The notes under the pieces are model-generated. The model was not told the DNA's origin. It did no database searches and was given only the letters and a program-made list of their open reading frames with translations. A DNA stretch of 64,000 bases from Lama guanicoe (lineage: Eukaryota). The position numbers and the translations under genes are program-made. The stretch is taken from positions 2,012,798 through 2,076,797 of the forward strand of contig MU054738.1 in assembly GCA_013239625.1 (NCBI GenBank), read 5' to 3'. Shown here piece by piece: positions 9,975-22,350 of this stretch (within the stretch, counting starts at the first letter, position 1; each line of letters opens with the position of its first letter).

Positions 9975-12739
9975 TGTATATGGATTTGCTGCAAGATGTG
10001 GTCTGCAGATGTCCTCTGTTGGGCCTAATAATATTATCTACTATATGCTAAAAATAGATGGCATTCTTTATTTATTTAAATTTTTCTATATTTAAGTATC
10101 TTTGTATATTTAAAAATTGGGGGATTTAATATTTTTAAAATGCTGGATTTTAGCTGTTTTTTTACAATTTGAAGGATATGGCAACAATTAGGCCCTAGCC
10201 CCAGTATGGCAGCAACAATCCACTGGACCCAGATAGTGGCTGAACCCTCCAGAGGGGCAGGGCCTGTGCTTTCCAGTTCCAGGTTTTCAAACAGCTGCCT
10301 GCTACGTTAACTGATACTGACCAATGCTGGCATTGAGTTTGATATCCCTGCTTGAAAACGCTTCAGTGCGGTCTTGTTTTTCTCCACTAGCAAACAACCC
10401 ATACCAGTAATTCCAAATCACGTTTGCCCTAGAATCTCCCAAGAGCTGCCAGCTCCTGAGGATTCATGTGCTGATGGGTGAGCAAACAAATCTCTTCAAC
10501 TCAGCCACCGCCCTTTACTTTGTGTTCACAAAGACTTAATTCCCTGAGAAAAGTGTCTAAGATTATTGGGTAAAAAATATTTTTCAATTTACAACTTTAC
10601 AAGTAAGCCTCTTAGGCTCCCTTAATTTAGTAAGTTGATACAATTCTGAATAAATTTAGTTCTGCCTCTAGTACAATGAAGTCATGAAGAAAAGATTCGT
10701 CCAATACTATAATTCTAATCCCAGAGAATCCATGCCACTTCTATTGACTTGAGTTATTTCAAAACCTAAGTACACCTCTTATTAATACCCAGTCCCTTGC
10801 AGTGTAATTCCAACATTTGAGTGGCCACTGCAAAAGTGTGCTTTGAGCTCAGTTTCTACAGTAATGATTTTATTCAAAACATCACTTTTGAGTCTTTGTC
10901 TTACGTCTAAAATTCAAAACGGTGTTCCCTAAAATGTACATCAATTAGAGCTAAGTTTAAAGTGGTCAATCTGAGCACAGCAAAACATTCAAAAGAAACA
11001 CAAGTTCAACACAAGAAACCTTAAAAATAATTTAGATATTTGTATTTTTTAGGAGGAAGCATCATGAAGAAAAGCTTTCTTAAAATCCTCTTTAGATATA
11101 TCTCTGTCTTACAAGAGATTCAGACAAAGCACTGCTAGTAAATACTGCTATCTTCTTTCGTCAAGCTCTCTTTTCAATGCTATGAAGTTCTTTTGTTTAC
11201 ATAATTCCTTTTATAAGTAGTAGGCAAGAACTACCACACAGTCCCGCCATCCAATATACAACATCACTTTGAGCCTCGCTCCTCTGAGTCATGTTACACT
11301 AATTTGAAATATAAAAAGTGCACTATGGTTGAATGCCTATCTGTTTCTTCCACTATATTGGGAGTTATTTTAAGGCAGCGACTATGTCTTTGGTACCCCC
11401 TTGTATCGACAAGCTAATGGCAGGTACTCAACATATGTTAAAACTGAATGTCCATTTGCACCAGGTCATTGTCAATGGAATACATATATATGTTCAGCAC
11501 GGAGATTTTCAACACTTACATGTTGCTTCAATTTATTAGGTAATGGCATAGAAAATTTAGAATAAGTAGTGCCAACTTGAAGACTTGTATTGAAGAGGCT
11601 TAAAACTTTTGCTGCCCAGGCAGTTAATCTTGATGATTAGTGGAATTTTATTTTTAGATCATGAAAAAATATAGGCAGTTGCTTTAACAGTTATTAATGG
11701 CAGCTGTCAGGTGTACAATCACTGACTGGAATTGAGTCAGACTGACCATAAAAAAGCATCTGCGTTCTGAACACAAACGGAAGAAGAAAGGTCCTGTAAT
11801 TGTTTATAAGCTCACCAAAGAGAGTCTACTAATTAAATAGTAGAGTGTTTACCTGCAACAGCCATTATGGGAAACTAATGAACTTGTTCAAAGGATGCAA
11901 ACAAGTTATCACCTGCTCTATCAGTCGATAATACTGGAAAGAAGCAATTTCCATCACTGTAGGGACCCACAAGTTAATTCAGAAGCCACCAGATTTTAAT
12001 AAGCCTCAAAGCCTACATACTGGGTGGTGAAGTTTAACAATCCACCTTTTTGTCATATAAAAGTCATTTTAAAAATATAAAACATGGCATACCATTGTAC
12101 AAGTCTCTACATCATTCATTCTATCTAGAAAAGGAAGGGGAGAAAGGAGAGAAAAAAAGGGACAGGAAGGTAGGCTGTTTTTGCTAGGACTATACTGCAT
12201 TCAATAAAGAGCAGAAGAAACCGGTAAGAACTGAATGAGTTTAAAAAATTAAAATTAAAAATTAAAAAAAGAATGAGTTAATCAAAATATCATTGTTTAC
12301 TGTATATTCAGTAGTCTTATTAGAGAACATTAACCGTGACACAGTAATGTGACTGTTTCTGTAAGTTTTAGAATAGAACTCTATAAAATTATATCCAAAA
12401 CAAGTATTTAACACTGAATTATATGAAATGCTGTGATTACTTTAAAATGAAATAGAACAACTGAATTATAGTTATTATGTGATTAAGGAGAATAAGTTTA
12501 TTTTATTGTTATAGGGAGCAAAGACAAAAAACAGACATCTAACAGTGCAGTTAGGAAGGAAAACTTGGAAGGTATATTTGTCTTGGAATCCAAAGTAAGA
12601 AATTGACTCTTGAATAAATTTCTTTCCCACGCATCTGAAGAGTATCAATAAGAACATCTACAAAATAGTCATGAAATCATGAATAAGATTCCTTAATACT
12701 AGATTGAGCTTCTGTTTCAGAAAGATTATTTTTTATGCA

Positions 12740-12812
12740 GGAGTGGACATTTGGATTATTTCTAGCCTTTTGCTGTTAAAAATAAAGCAGCTATGAACAT
12801 TCACATACATAA
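12740..12812 (-). mobile_element. Short L1 3' fragment
   Basis: 'ggacatttggattatttctagccttttgctgttaaaaataaagcagctatgaacattc' is the typical antisense L1 3' motif. Confidence 0.7.
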
Positions 12813-12829
12813 TATTTTCATTTTTTAAT

Positions 12830-13205
12830 TTTCTTTTTTTGGATTATTCACTGTTATTGCATAGAAATACATCTGATTTTTCAATGTTCATTTCGTATCC
12901 TTTAGTGTTGCTTAATTTAGTCATTAATTTCACAGGATTGTTTTGTGGAATCTTTAGGATTTTCTATATATGGGGATATGTCATATGCGAACAAAAAAAT
13001 TTTACTTCTTTCATTCCAATTTGTATGTCTTTTGTTTCGTTTTCTAACCTAAGTGCTCTGGCTAGAACGTCCAATACTATGTTGAATGGAAGTAGTAAAC
13101 GTCGGCATGTTTGTCCTGTTCCTGACTTGAGGGGAAAAGCTCTCAGTGCTTCAACATTAAGTATGGTGCTAGGTGTGGGATTCTGTATGGCCTTTATTAT
13201 TAAAG
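12830..13205 (-). mobile_element. LINE-1 ORF2 reverse transcriptase fragment (pseudogenised)
   Basis: ORF 12964-13218 (IIKAI..PT...[16 protein letters not shown]...[24 protein letters not shown]) matches the L1 RT segment [47 protein letters not shown]. Confidence 0.92.
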
Positions 13206-13389
13206 TTAATTTTCTCATGATTTTGAATTCATCTTGTCAATGCTTCCCCATCCTTCATCACTTTTATCTTCCCTTGGACTTCTTAGACTTCCATTATATC
13301 ACTTTTATACATACATACTGAAGTTAGACTGCCTGGGTTTACATGGCAGCTCTATCATCACTCATGGCTGGACCTTAACCACCTCTTTA

Positions 13390-13810
13390 GCTAGTGCTAC
13401 ATAACAGACTATTCAAAGCTTGGTTCTTTAAACAGCAACTTATTATTATTTTATCTCTCGTTTTTGTAAGTCAGGAATTCATTCAGTGCTTCTTTCTGTT
13501 AAGTGATTTCTGGGGCCTCATCTGGGATAATTTGAGTGACTGGTGGCTGCAATAGCTGGAGGCTAGTGGGGGATCTTTCTTTTTCTCTCTGTGGTCTCTG
13601 CAGATAACTCGCATATGATGGCCTCAGTGGTTCAAGAGAACAAGGAAGAGACCGCAGCCCTGTCAAAGGCTGGCTCAATGCTGGCATAGTGCCACTTCTA
13701 TCATAGTCTATCATCAAAAAAGTCACAGGTTCAAGGAGAAGGGAAACAGACACCATTACTCTAGGGGAAGAGTGTCAAAGAATTTGCAGACCTTTTTAGT
13801 GCATCACTAA
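13390..13810 (-). mobile_element. MaLR LTR (MLT1 family)
   Basis: 'tgctacataacagactattcaaagcttgg...gtcaggaattc...gtgccacttctatcatagtcta...ggttcaaggagaagggaaacagacacca...ggaagagtgtcaaagaatttgcag' matches antisense MLT1. Confidence 0.75.
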
Positions 13811-14324
13811 TATCAATAGATACTGGTATTCCTAGGTAACTCCCGATTATGTAACATTTTCACATTCATTAAATTAAGATGGCTTTTTCCATATAAGTTA
13901 TCTGGACATCACTATTTTTTAATTAAAAGGTTAATTGGTGCCTCATCATAAAATTTAGCCATGCATGCTGTTGGAAATCTGAAAAGTATAGCAAAAATTG
14001 AAGTGGAAGAAAAAATTGACCATAACCCATCCAGAAGAAGCCATTCTTAATAGTTTGTAAAAGTCCATGCCAATGTTTTCGTTTCTTTTTAAAGTCTTTT
14101 TCTTATTATAATAGATATAAATGCTAAAATTTTGAAGATTAAAAAAATTAAAAAGAAAAAAATCCTATCTTAGAACTAACCAATGGTAACATTTTATTCC
14201 TTCTTAATCTTTTTTACTACACTAATGCTACTATACATCATTGAAATAATGTACAATAGTTATATTGTGCTTCTTTTTGTGGTGTTTCCAAGTATTTTTC
14301 TCCTAACTGAAATATCATTAAACT

Positions 14325-15050
14325 CTTTGACTTATCAAACATGTATTGAGAGCCTCATATATCAGACACTCTCCTAAGTTGTTAGGAACTTATATTCTAG
14401 TCATGAAGACAAACAACAAACAAAGTAATGAGAAAATACAGGAAGTGATGATTACTTAAAACTAAACAGGGTGCTGACACTGGAATTGGCTGCTTTGGCT
14501 GGGCCGTCAGGATAGCCGTTGTTCATGAGATGCTACAGAAGCTGTGATCTGAATGACAAGGAGCCAACCACGAAAAGAGCTAAGAAAAGACAATCCCTGA
14601 AAAGGAGGCAGCAGATGGAAGTGCCCCAAGGCATTAATGAACTTGGTCAGTTTGAGAAGGAAAAAGAAAGCTATTATGGCTGAAACATGCTAAGGAAGAA
14701 GAGAAGCATGTCATGTGGCTGAAGAGTCAGAAAAAGCCAAGACCACATAAGACCTTGCAGACAGGGTAAAGAGACTTAGAATTTTATCATAAGTGCCAGA
14801 AGGAGCCCAAAAGGAAGTTAAATGACCCGATTTATTTTTTAACATCACTCTGGCTACTGTCTGAAGAATAAAATACAGGCGGTCCATTGGAGAAGGCAGG
14901 AGGCTAGTTTGAACTCTATGATAGTAGCCTAGCCAAGAGCTGTTGAGTGTTGGAAATAGGGCAACAAGGATTTAGAAAAAGTAGTCATACTTCAAATATA
15001 ATTGGACAATTGACAATACTTCCCTATGCATTGAATTTGAGGAAAGCAAG
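14325..15050 (-). mobile_element. L2 LINE 3' part
   Basis: Starts with the antisense L2 tail (atcaaacatgtattgagagcctcatatatcagacactc). Continues with purine-rich antisense L2 body (gatctgaatgacaaggagccaacc; catcactctggctactgt). Confidence 0.75.
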
Positions 15051-16599
15051 AAGGAAGGAAATATAAATGTATTATGAAAACTAGATTATCTATAGCATAT
15101 TTCAGTTCTAAATCAATTATCTGTGCATAACATATTTCTATTTTTTCTAGAGCTATATGAATAATAAAGTTGTATATTTAAATACCATCTATTTTTAAGG
15201 TTCATCTGTCCTCATTACTGGTATTTTTTTTAATGAATTCAGCTTCAACTGCTCTATTGAGTAAGCCAGGAAAGTTAATAGCTTACAGATGAATGGGCTG
15301 TCAGTGCAGAAACTCACTACCATGTAATATTAAAATACACTGATTTTTTTTTTTAAAGAAAGAGACCAGACTTGGTAAAATGTGACAAATTACAAGATAC
15401 TGAAGTAGTGATATTTAGATTTTAGTGTTATAAGGAAAAAAAGAGTCAATAATATTTCTCATTTACTATATAATGACCTCAGATACTTGTATCTTTTGCT
15501 AGTAGTTGAAGGTTCATAACCATTAAGCACAAGTTGCAGCTTGATCTAAAGAGACACGGTTTTGTACAAGAGGATAGAGTCCTACACTCTGTTCACTTGG
15601 ATTTTACACAAATTCTTCTTTCTTATGTGGAATCTCTTAGCTAAAGATCTACAACTTAGAAAAGAAGCTCAGAAATTATTTTCATCTATGAACAATTAGC
15701 ACCCTTTTTCACCATTCCCAAGCAAACTGCAACCGTTCAACACCTGCTGTTTGTCCCTAGGTGTTCATACAATTGCTAGTGAATCAAAATCAAATAGCCA
15801 ACCATTATATACCCCACTGCAAGAAGCAGTGGAAACAAATAAATAATTTTCCTTGGTTTTCTCAGTGGCAAAGATTAGGAGCCACGACTTAAAAAGTAAA
15901 ATGTTGAGTTAAGTGGCCTCTTTGAACACGCATGTAAACCTTCTCCAAAGAGTTTAACTTTACATTCCCACCTAAATCTGTTAACATATTAATCTACCCC
16001 TCCAAATGTGAAATTTCATAATTAAAGTCAGATTTGATGAGGTAAAGATCTGCAGAATCATCCAGGTACTTAACTTTATTTTGATTTGTATAATTCAAGT
16101 GAAAATAAAGATAGTATTCAGTGATTACGAAATGTGACAAAGCTGAGGATGAATCCTGGCCCTGCTAGGAATAGCATTATAAACTCAATATTGTCAATAA
16201 CTGTTTTTCCCTTGAAAAATTAAGACAATGATGGAATTATCCTCACACTCATGGTAAAGATTAAAGTACAAAAATATACTTCAGGTGCTTAGCAGGACGC
16301 TCTCAGTTCTGCTTGCCTTGTGTTGGCGACTATCGCCAGGCACCATTTTTTGCTGCGTATGGCAAGATGCCTCCCAGCAGCTCACATTTAGTCTCCAAGG
16401 ATCCCCCTGAATTCCCACGCTGAATGTCTCCATCAAAGGCCCTAGAGTTGATCCCACATGCTTGGATTGAGTCACTGAGATCCTATGTTCTGATTGAGCT
16501 GGACAGGACTACATGCCCACCCCTGGATTTAGGAAGAAAATCCAGAACCTCCCAAATTTCATGGACTGAGGAGGGTGTTTCCCCAGAGGATCACAGGTG

Positions 16600-16805
16600 T
16601 CTGCCATGTAATCCAAACTCTACAACTCTATATTCCCTAGCTACGCATATCACTTGAAGAAGTTTCTAAAGTTCTCCGAGTCTCTGGATTCTCAATTATA
16701 AGATACCTTATAAAGTTGCTGTGAAATTTTAATAAACGGTATACATATACATTAAACAAACTCACTCACACTGGGCACATAGTAGGTACTAAATACATGT
16801 TAATT
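16600..16805 (+). mobile_element. MIR SINE
   Basis: Core-like 'aagttctccgagtctctggattctcaattataa', 'gttgctgtgaaatttt', and tail 'gggcacatagtaggtactaaatacatgtt'. Confidence 0.65.
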
Positions 16806-16899
16806 CTCTCCCTGTTCTTCTCTCAGGAGTGATACAGAATAAACATAGCATGTCTTGATGCTTAAAGACAGCTACGTCTTCACTAATTTTTTTTTTTTT

Positions 16900-17400
16900 A
16901 CTATTGCAAGCTCAGAGCCATCCATTGTTTCCTAATATTTCTTGGTTTTAAGCTAGTTCATCATCCTGGTCTCTTTAGTCTTTCATTATCCCACTTGAAG
17001 TGTAGTGCACAGATCAGAACACAGTATTCTAGGCCTTTCAGTGGGAAGCTGGTTGTAATTTTCTTTGAGATAAAAGTGAAAACACTTTCACTGATGGCAC
17101 CTGAGATTATCATGACAGTTGGTGCGGCATTTTATTCCCCACAGATACATGAGCCAGCTGAAACCCCAGGCTTTGTCTACGAGCTCTGCTGGTAACCTGT
17201 CCTCCTTCTGACCTGTGTCTGTGCAGCTGCCCTCTGGGGCATATCCTAGGAAATTCATTCCTATTCAGTATTACCCTATTAGACTTTGACAATTATTTAT
17301 GCTTATCAGTTTGATTAGTGACATCCTTTTCAGTATGGATCAACCACTTATCAATCCTACTCAAGTACTATTATCTAACTGATATGTATCTTGTTTATAA
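16900..17400 (-). mobile_element. CR1/L3 LINE ORF2 fragment
   Basis: Minus strand 17032->16988 translates LEYCVLICALHFKWD, matching the CR1 motif LEYCVQFWAPHFKKD. It is followed by an ERL.R..TRMM-like segment. Confidence 0.7.
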
Positions 17401-19387
17401 AGGACTATGGCAATTAACCACAGCAGGTTCTATCCAGTTGCTGCATACATACAATGTTGTCAATTTTATCATTCACCCAGCACTGCCTACGCCTTTGTTT
17501 GTCACCACTTTCTTAACACTTCTTTCACAATAGGAGCTTCTTTGTGTAAGAATTCCCAATGTTTAATCAAAGCAGTTAGCATCTACGAAGTATAAACAGA
17601 GGCACATCTAAGGAACCACATATCAGGAAATAAAGGTTATGGACACTAAGACAGTATACCAAATAGACTTCAGATGAATTCAATAAAAATCAGATGTAGA
17701 CAAGAGGGCTGAAGACCAGACTAAAGAAAATTTGAGTTTCAAGTGATGTCTGTTAATTGATTCTGTTCCCAATGGAGCAACCGGATGGCCTCACTGTCAT
17801 GGAGAAGAAAAGGTCATTTATCAAAGCTGCTCTCCACAAATAGAGCAGTTTGACTCACCTGTGTAACAAACATATTGCAACCCAAAAAGCTTTGCTGTGA
17901 GACCCCTCCAAAATGATGTTACCCTTAACAGTTGAAGTCATTGAGCATAAGAACGTGAGGGTGTGTCCCCAAAGACTCCCACTAGTAACCCAGATCAGTG
18001 AGGGCAGCCAAATCCTCTCAGAGCACATGAAATCTGCTCTAGAAACTCCACAGAATTCTAGAGAAGGAAGAGCTGCTGGATAGAGGGTTTGGTCCCTGAA
18101 GCTGCACAGGTGGGAGAGAGGCCACAAAAAGTGAGCATAACCAATAACATGACCTTATTTGTATCTCTTAGCTAGGGAGGACCTGGGGACGTTTGGAGAG
18201 ATATACATATGTGAATATATATGGTCAGTATAACCAAAATACTAACAATGACTCTGGCTAAGGACATTTATGGACATAGAGATTATAAACAATGAGTAAC
18301 TTTTTTATTTGCGCATCTATTATCTATGTTATTTTTAAGTTTCCTATAATCAACAGGATTTTTTAACCAAAAAAACTATCATAAAATGAATTTATGACTA
18401 ACAAAACATGGCAGGGTTCCCACATGCTTCATTATCAATCTGCCTGTCCAATAGGCAAAGTGGTTTAGTCTTGAAAATTCTGCTCGGTGCAAAAGAAAAA
18501 ACTGTTTGAAACAAAGTTGAAAGTAAGGTGTCCTATTTTAGAAGAAGAAAAACAACAGCAACCACAAGCCACAGCTAATAAGGACACTAAGACATCCTTG
18601 CTCACATCCAAATGTACTGTCTCATTCCCTCTCCAATACCTTCCTACCGGCTGTCACAGGCATGCAGCAGCTTTCTAACAACGCACTGTGAGTCAGCTGC
18701 TGTTGTGTATGGGAGTGTAATTACAGCAACACAAAACAGGAAGGGGCATGCAATAACCCAGTCACGCCGGAGCCCTGCCTGTGTGGGAGGCTCTATGAGG
18801 ATTATAGACGAGATGACCCCAAAATAATTTATATTTCTATGAAAACTAATTCACCAAGACTGGTTCTGAAATCTACACAAAGTAGCAAACTGTAGAACAG
18901 CACAAATTAATCAGATAAGTTCAAAAAGGAAATAAACAAAACCTCTTACACAGCTCCACGTATTCCCAATGTAGTCATAATGATTAAACTTGTAACACTT
19001 GAACTTTTGAACGGGAATGCTTAGGTTTATTTTGCTTCTTAAGATTATACTGAAAGAATGTGAGAATAATTTCTTTTTAAACTCTCCAAACTGTGACTTG
19101 ATCATAAAATGCGTTGTGTTCTTTTTTTGGGGCATCACAACACCATTCACTACCAGAACCAAAGACATAGGGTGTAAGCAGAGAGCAAAATTCTGAGTTC
19201 ACAGCCAAAGTGAGGTCAAAGCACACCCAGTATATTTTTCAGAACATAAATGACTTACATTTAAAGACACTACAGGAGGAAAGTGCTTCACTAACTCCAT
19301 GTTTGCCAGACAAAAGGAAGGAAGGAGGGAAGGGCCTTAAATAAGGACCTAGGTGGAAACAAGGGTTTAAATAGAACTACTCAGGAA

Positions 19388-19904
19388 TGTAACAGGGAAG
19401 AACAAATCTGGCTCCTATTAGATCTGTTCCTTTAGCTCTAACCCTGCGCTCTGTTTCCTATGCTTAGTCATGCTGGTTCTGTACCTTTTGTAAAAGAAGC
19501 TGCCCACAGCCTGAAATAAACAGGAGAGCCCATTCTCAAGGCTCTGACCTTTAAGGGTATAACACTTTTCCATTCGTATAGAGAGAAAAAGCTGCAGAAC
19601 AGAGAATAACATTTGTCTGGTTGGAGGTTTACAGGAACACCATGACCTGACCTACGTGGACAGCTGCAAGAACAAAGGATTCCAACACTAAGACGTTTGC
19701 AACAACCAACCACACCCGCTCCCCTTTTTAGTGTAAAAGGAGCCTGAATTCTGGCTTGAGTAAGATGGTTCTCTAGGACATTAGTCCCTCACCTTCTCCA
19801 TCTGCTGGGTTTCTAAGTAAAGTCACTAGTCCTTGCCTCAACAATGCATCTCTTGATTTATTTGCCTGTCATGTGGCAAGCAGTACAAGCTTGGATTGGT
19901 AACA
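19388..19904 (+). mobile_element. ERV1 solo LTR, MER41-like
   Basis: TGTAACAGGG...GGTAACA termini, flanked by an identical 4-bp TSD GGAA (19384-87 and 19905-08). The 3' end 'ttatttgcctgtcatgtggcaagcagtacaagcttggattggtaaca' resembles the MER41 group. Confidence 0.85.
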
Positions 19905-20609
19905 GGAAAAGTAAGCAGTGTCAGAAACATATGGGCATTTCAAGTTAATTTTCATCTTGAATTGCAACCAAATACAAAGCAAGTGTAGTAACCACTATAA
20001 ATTAACGCTGATTCACAAAAATGGAAATTTTAAAAATTAATAATAAAGTTTTTATGTTTTCTCCCTTCTGAATCTGACTTCTGGAGAAGACGTAACCCAA
20101 ATATTACAAAATAAGGAGTTACAATTCATTTAAGAAACATTTATTATTCCCTACAATTTCCAAGTTAATTTGACACGTTGCAGGGGATTTGGAGGAATAA
20201 AAGAGACTTGATATGTGCATGAAAGTTGTAATTTAAGATTCATTATGATAAATGACACTTCAATAATTCAAAGAACTATAAGATTTTAAAGGGAGAAAGC
20301 CACCACTTTTAGTCAAAGTGTTTTAAAATGGTATCATGAACGAGGTGGCACTGGGCTTAGAACTTAAACAACAGCTAGGATTTCAACAGCACGAAATGAG
20401 GGGAAACTGTTTAATTCAGGCAACACGTATGAAACTTCTGCGAAGAAACAGGAGCGAACAGGGCCACTGGTCGAAGGACTCATGAAATAATAAATAGTAG
20501 ACAGTTACTAGAGTGTGAGGAATTTTACATGGAAGTTTAAGGAATTGATGTAAAACTGAGTCATTTTGTTTTTTAATGAAAGGAGTCTGAAATAAAAATC
20601 AAGATCTAG

Positions 20610-21034
20610 GCCACAGCTGCTTTATCCAGTCGTCTGTCAATGGACATTTAGGTTACTTCCATGTCTTGGCTATTGTAAATACTGCTGCCATGAACACTGG
20701 GGTGCATGCATCTTTTCAAATTAGAATTTTCTCTGGATATATACCCAGAACTTATTTACAAAACAGAAACAGACTCACAGACATACAAAACAAACTTATG
20801 GTTACTAAAGGGGAGGGGGGGCGGAATTAGAAGTTTGAGATTAGCAGATACAAACTACTACATACAGAATAGATAAACAACAAGTCCTACTGTAGAGCCC
20901 AGGGAGCTATGTTCAATAGCTTGTAATAACCTATAATGAAAAAGAATATTTAAAAAGAATGTATTTCTATAACTGAATCACTATGCTGTACACCAGAAAC
21001 TAACACAACACTGTAAACCAACTATACTTCAATT
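20610..21034 (+). mobile_element. 5'-truncated, 5'-inverted young L1 (cetartiodactyl-type 3' end) with TSD
   Basis: 20610-~20749 is the antisense ORF2 end. ~20750-21034 is sense 3'UTR (acagaaacagactcacagac...caccagaaactaacacaacactgtaaaccaactatacttcaatt). Flanked by aaaaatcaagatctag (20594-20609) and aaaaatcaaatctag (21035-21049). Confidence 0.9.
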
Positions 21035-21079
21035 AAAAATCAAATCTAGTGAAATTAATTTGCATTTCATGACGAATTG

Positions 21080-22350
21080 AACAGGAGAGCAATTAGAAGT
21101 AATGTGACCCTCTCAGAACTAGAGCTAGGTAGCAAGATGGATGGGGAATGAGGTGGAAGAAACTGACTGAAGAGGATGTGCTAATTAGATCAGATGCTGA
21201 AAACGAGAGAATATGAATAAAAGAAAGAAAAGGTCTGAATTCTTTGGAGTAATAGTTGGAGCTAATTTGATAAATGATAACTTCTAGAGAAACCATGTAG
21301 TAAGACGGAAAAAGGAAGTTGAGGGAAACCTTTGGGGGGGGTTGAGAAGGTGGAGATGGGGAAGTCAGAAAAATAAAAGCATCAGTGGAGTTTCAGAGAA
21401 GGCGAAAGCTAAGAAGCAGGTGGTCAATAATACCCAGTAATGCAGAGAAGAGAAGGATGAACAGAGGAAAACAAAGCTATCAAGTTTCATGAATAGATAA
21501 TTGCTAAATGTTGAGTAAAGAGTTTTGTACAAACTGTGCTTTGGGAGGAGGGGAGAGTCTAGAACTTCAGGCAACACTCGTCAAGCTGGTTGTGGGTTCT
21601 GAGGCTGGTGCAGTGATCAGAATGGATGACCTGACAAGGTCCTGTGCAAAGAAAGGAGAATATGCTGAAGGGAAGTGGGATTTCAGAGCCTAAAATGCAG
21701 CCAAGCACAGGCCACAATATGGAATATGGGCCACGGGGACTAGAGGTGAACGTTTAGCAGAGACCAAGACAGATGCTGATTGTGATCAATTTTGCAAAAT
21801 TCCGATGTCGCTTGCAATACTCCTTTTGCACATGGTTTACCATTTTCATTCTGGAATATGAGTTTGGTCTAAAACTAGAGTGGAGATGAAGGAGCATAAG
21901 CAGTGTGTCCAGGTTAGTTTTATGAAGTTTTAGAATGAAGGGAAAATGTGTATGATTTGCAATGGCCAAGAAAGCTTATAAAGCAGTATTTTTATTATTT
22001 TACTTTTAAAAAGAGAGAAAATTTAGTTGAAAGGAAATTATTATATATGTAAATAAGAGAGGAAATTAATTTCTGAACCAAAATTTAGATGAGGTTAAAA
22101 AAAAAAAACACAGACATGATCTAGCACACGTTTAGCAGAACTAAACTTGAAACAGAAAAGGGATTAAAAAGAAAGAAAACTATTGACCAAAATGTTCTTA
22201 GTAGGGAAGACGGTGGGAGTAAAACTTTTGAAGCTGAGAAAAGTTTAAGAAGCTTTATTCTTCTCAATGAAACTGGATTGTACATCTTTTGCTAAAATTA
22301 GTAAGAGATAGGATGAAATTGCTGGCTTGAGGTGAATGGTAAATACAAGG
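21080..22350 (-). mobile_element. Probable decayed L2 fragments
   Basis: Purine-rich texture of antisense L2. No strongly diagnostic motif. Confidence 0.4.

Noticed and set aside
12839-13321. 160-aa plus-strand ORF
   Set aside because: Antisense of an L1 RT fragment, with no independent coding signal.
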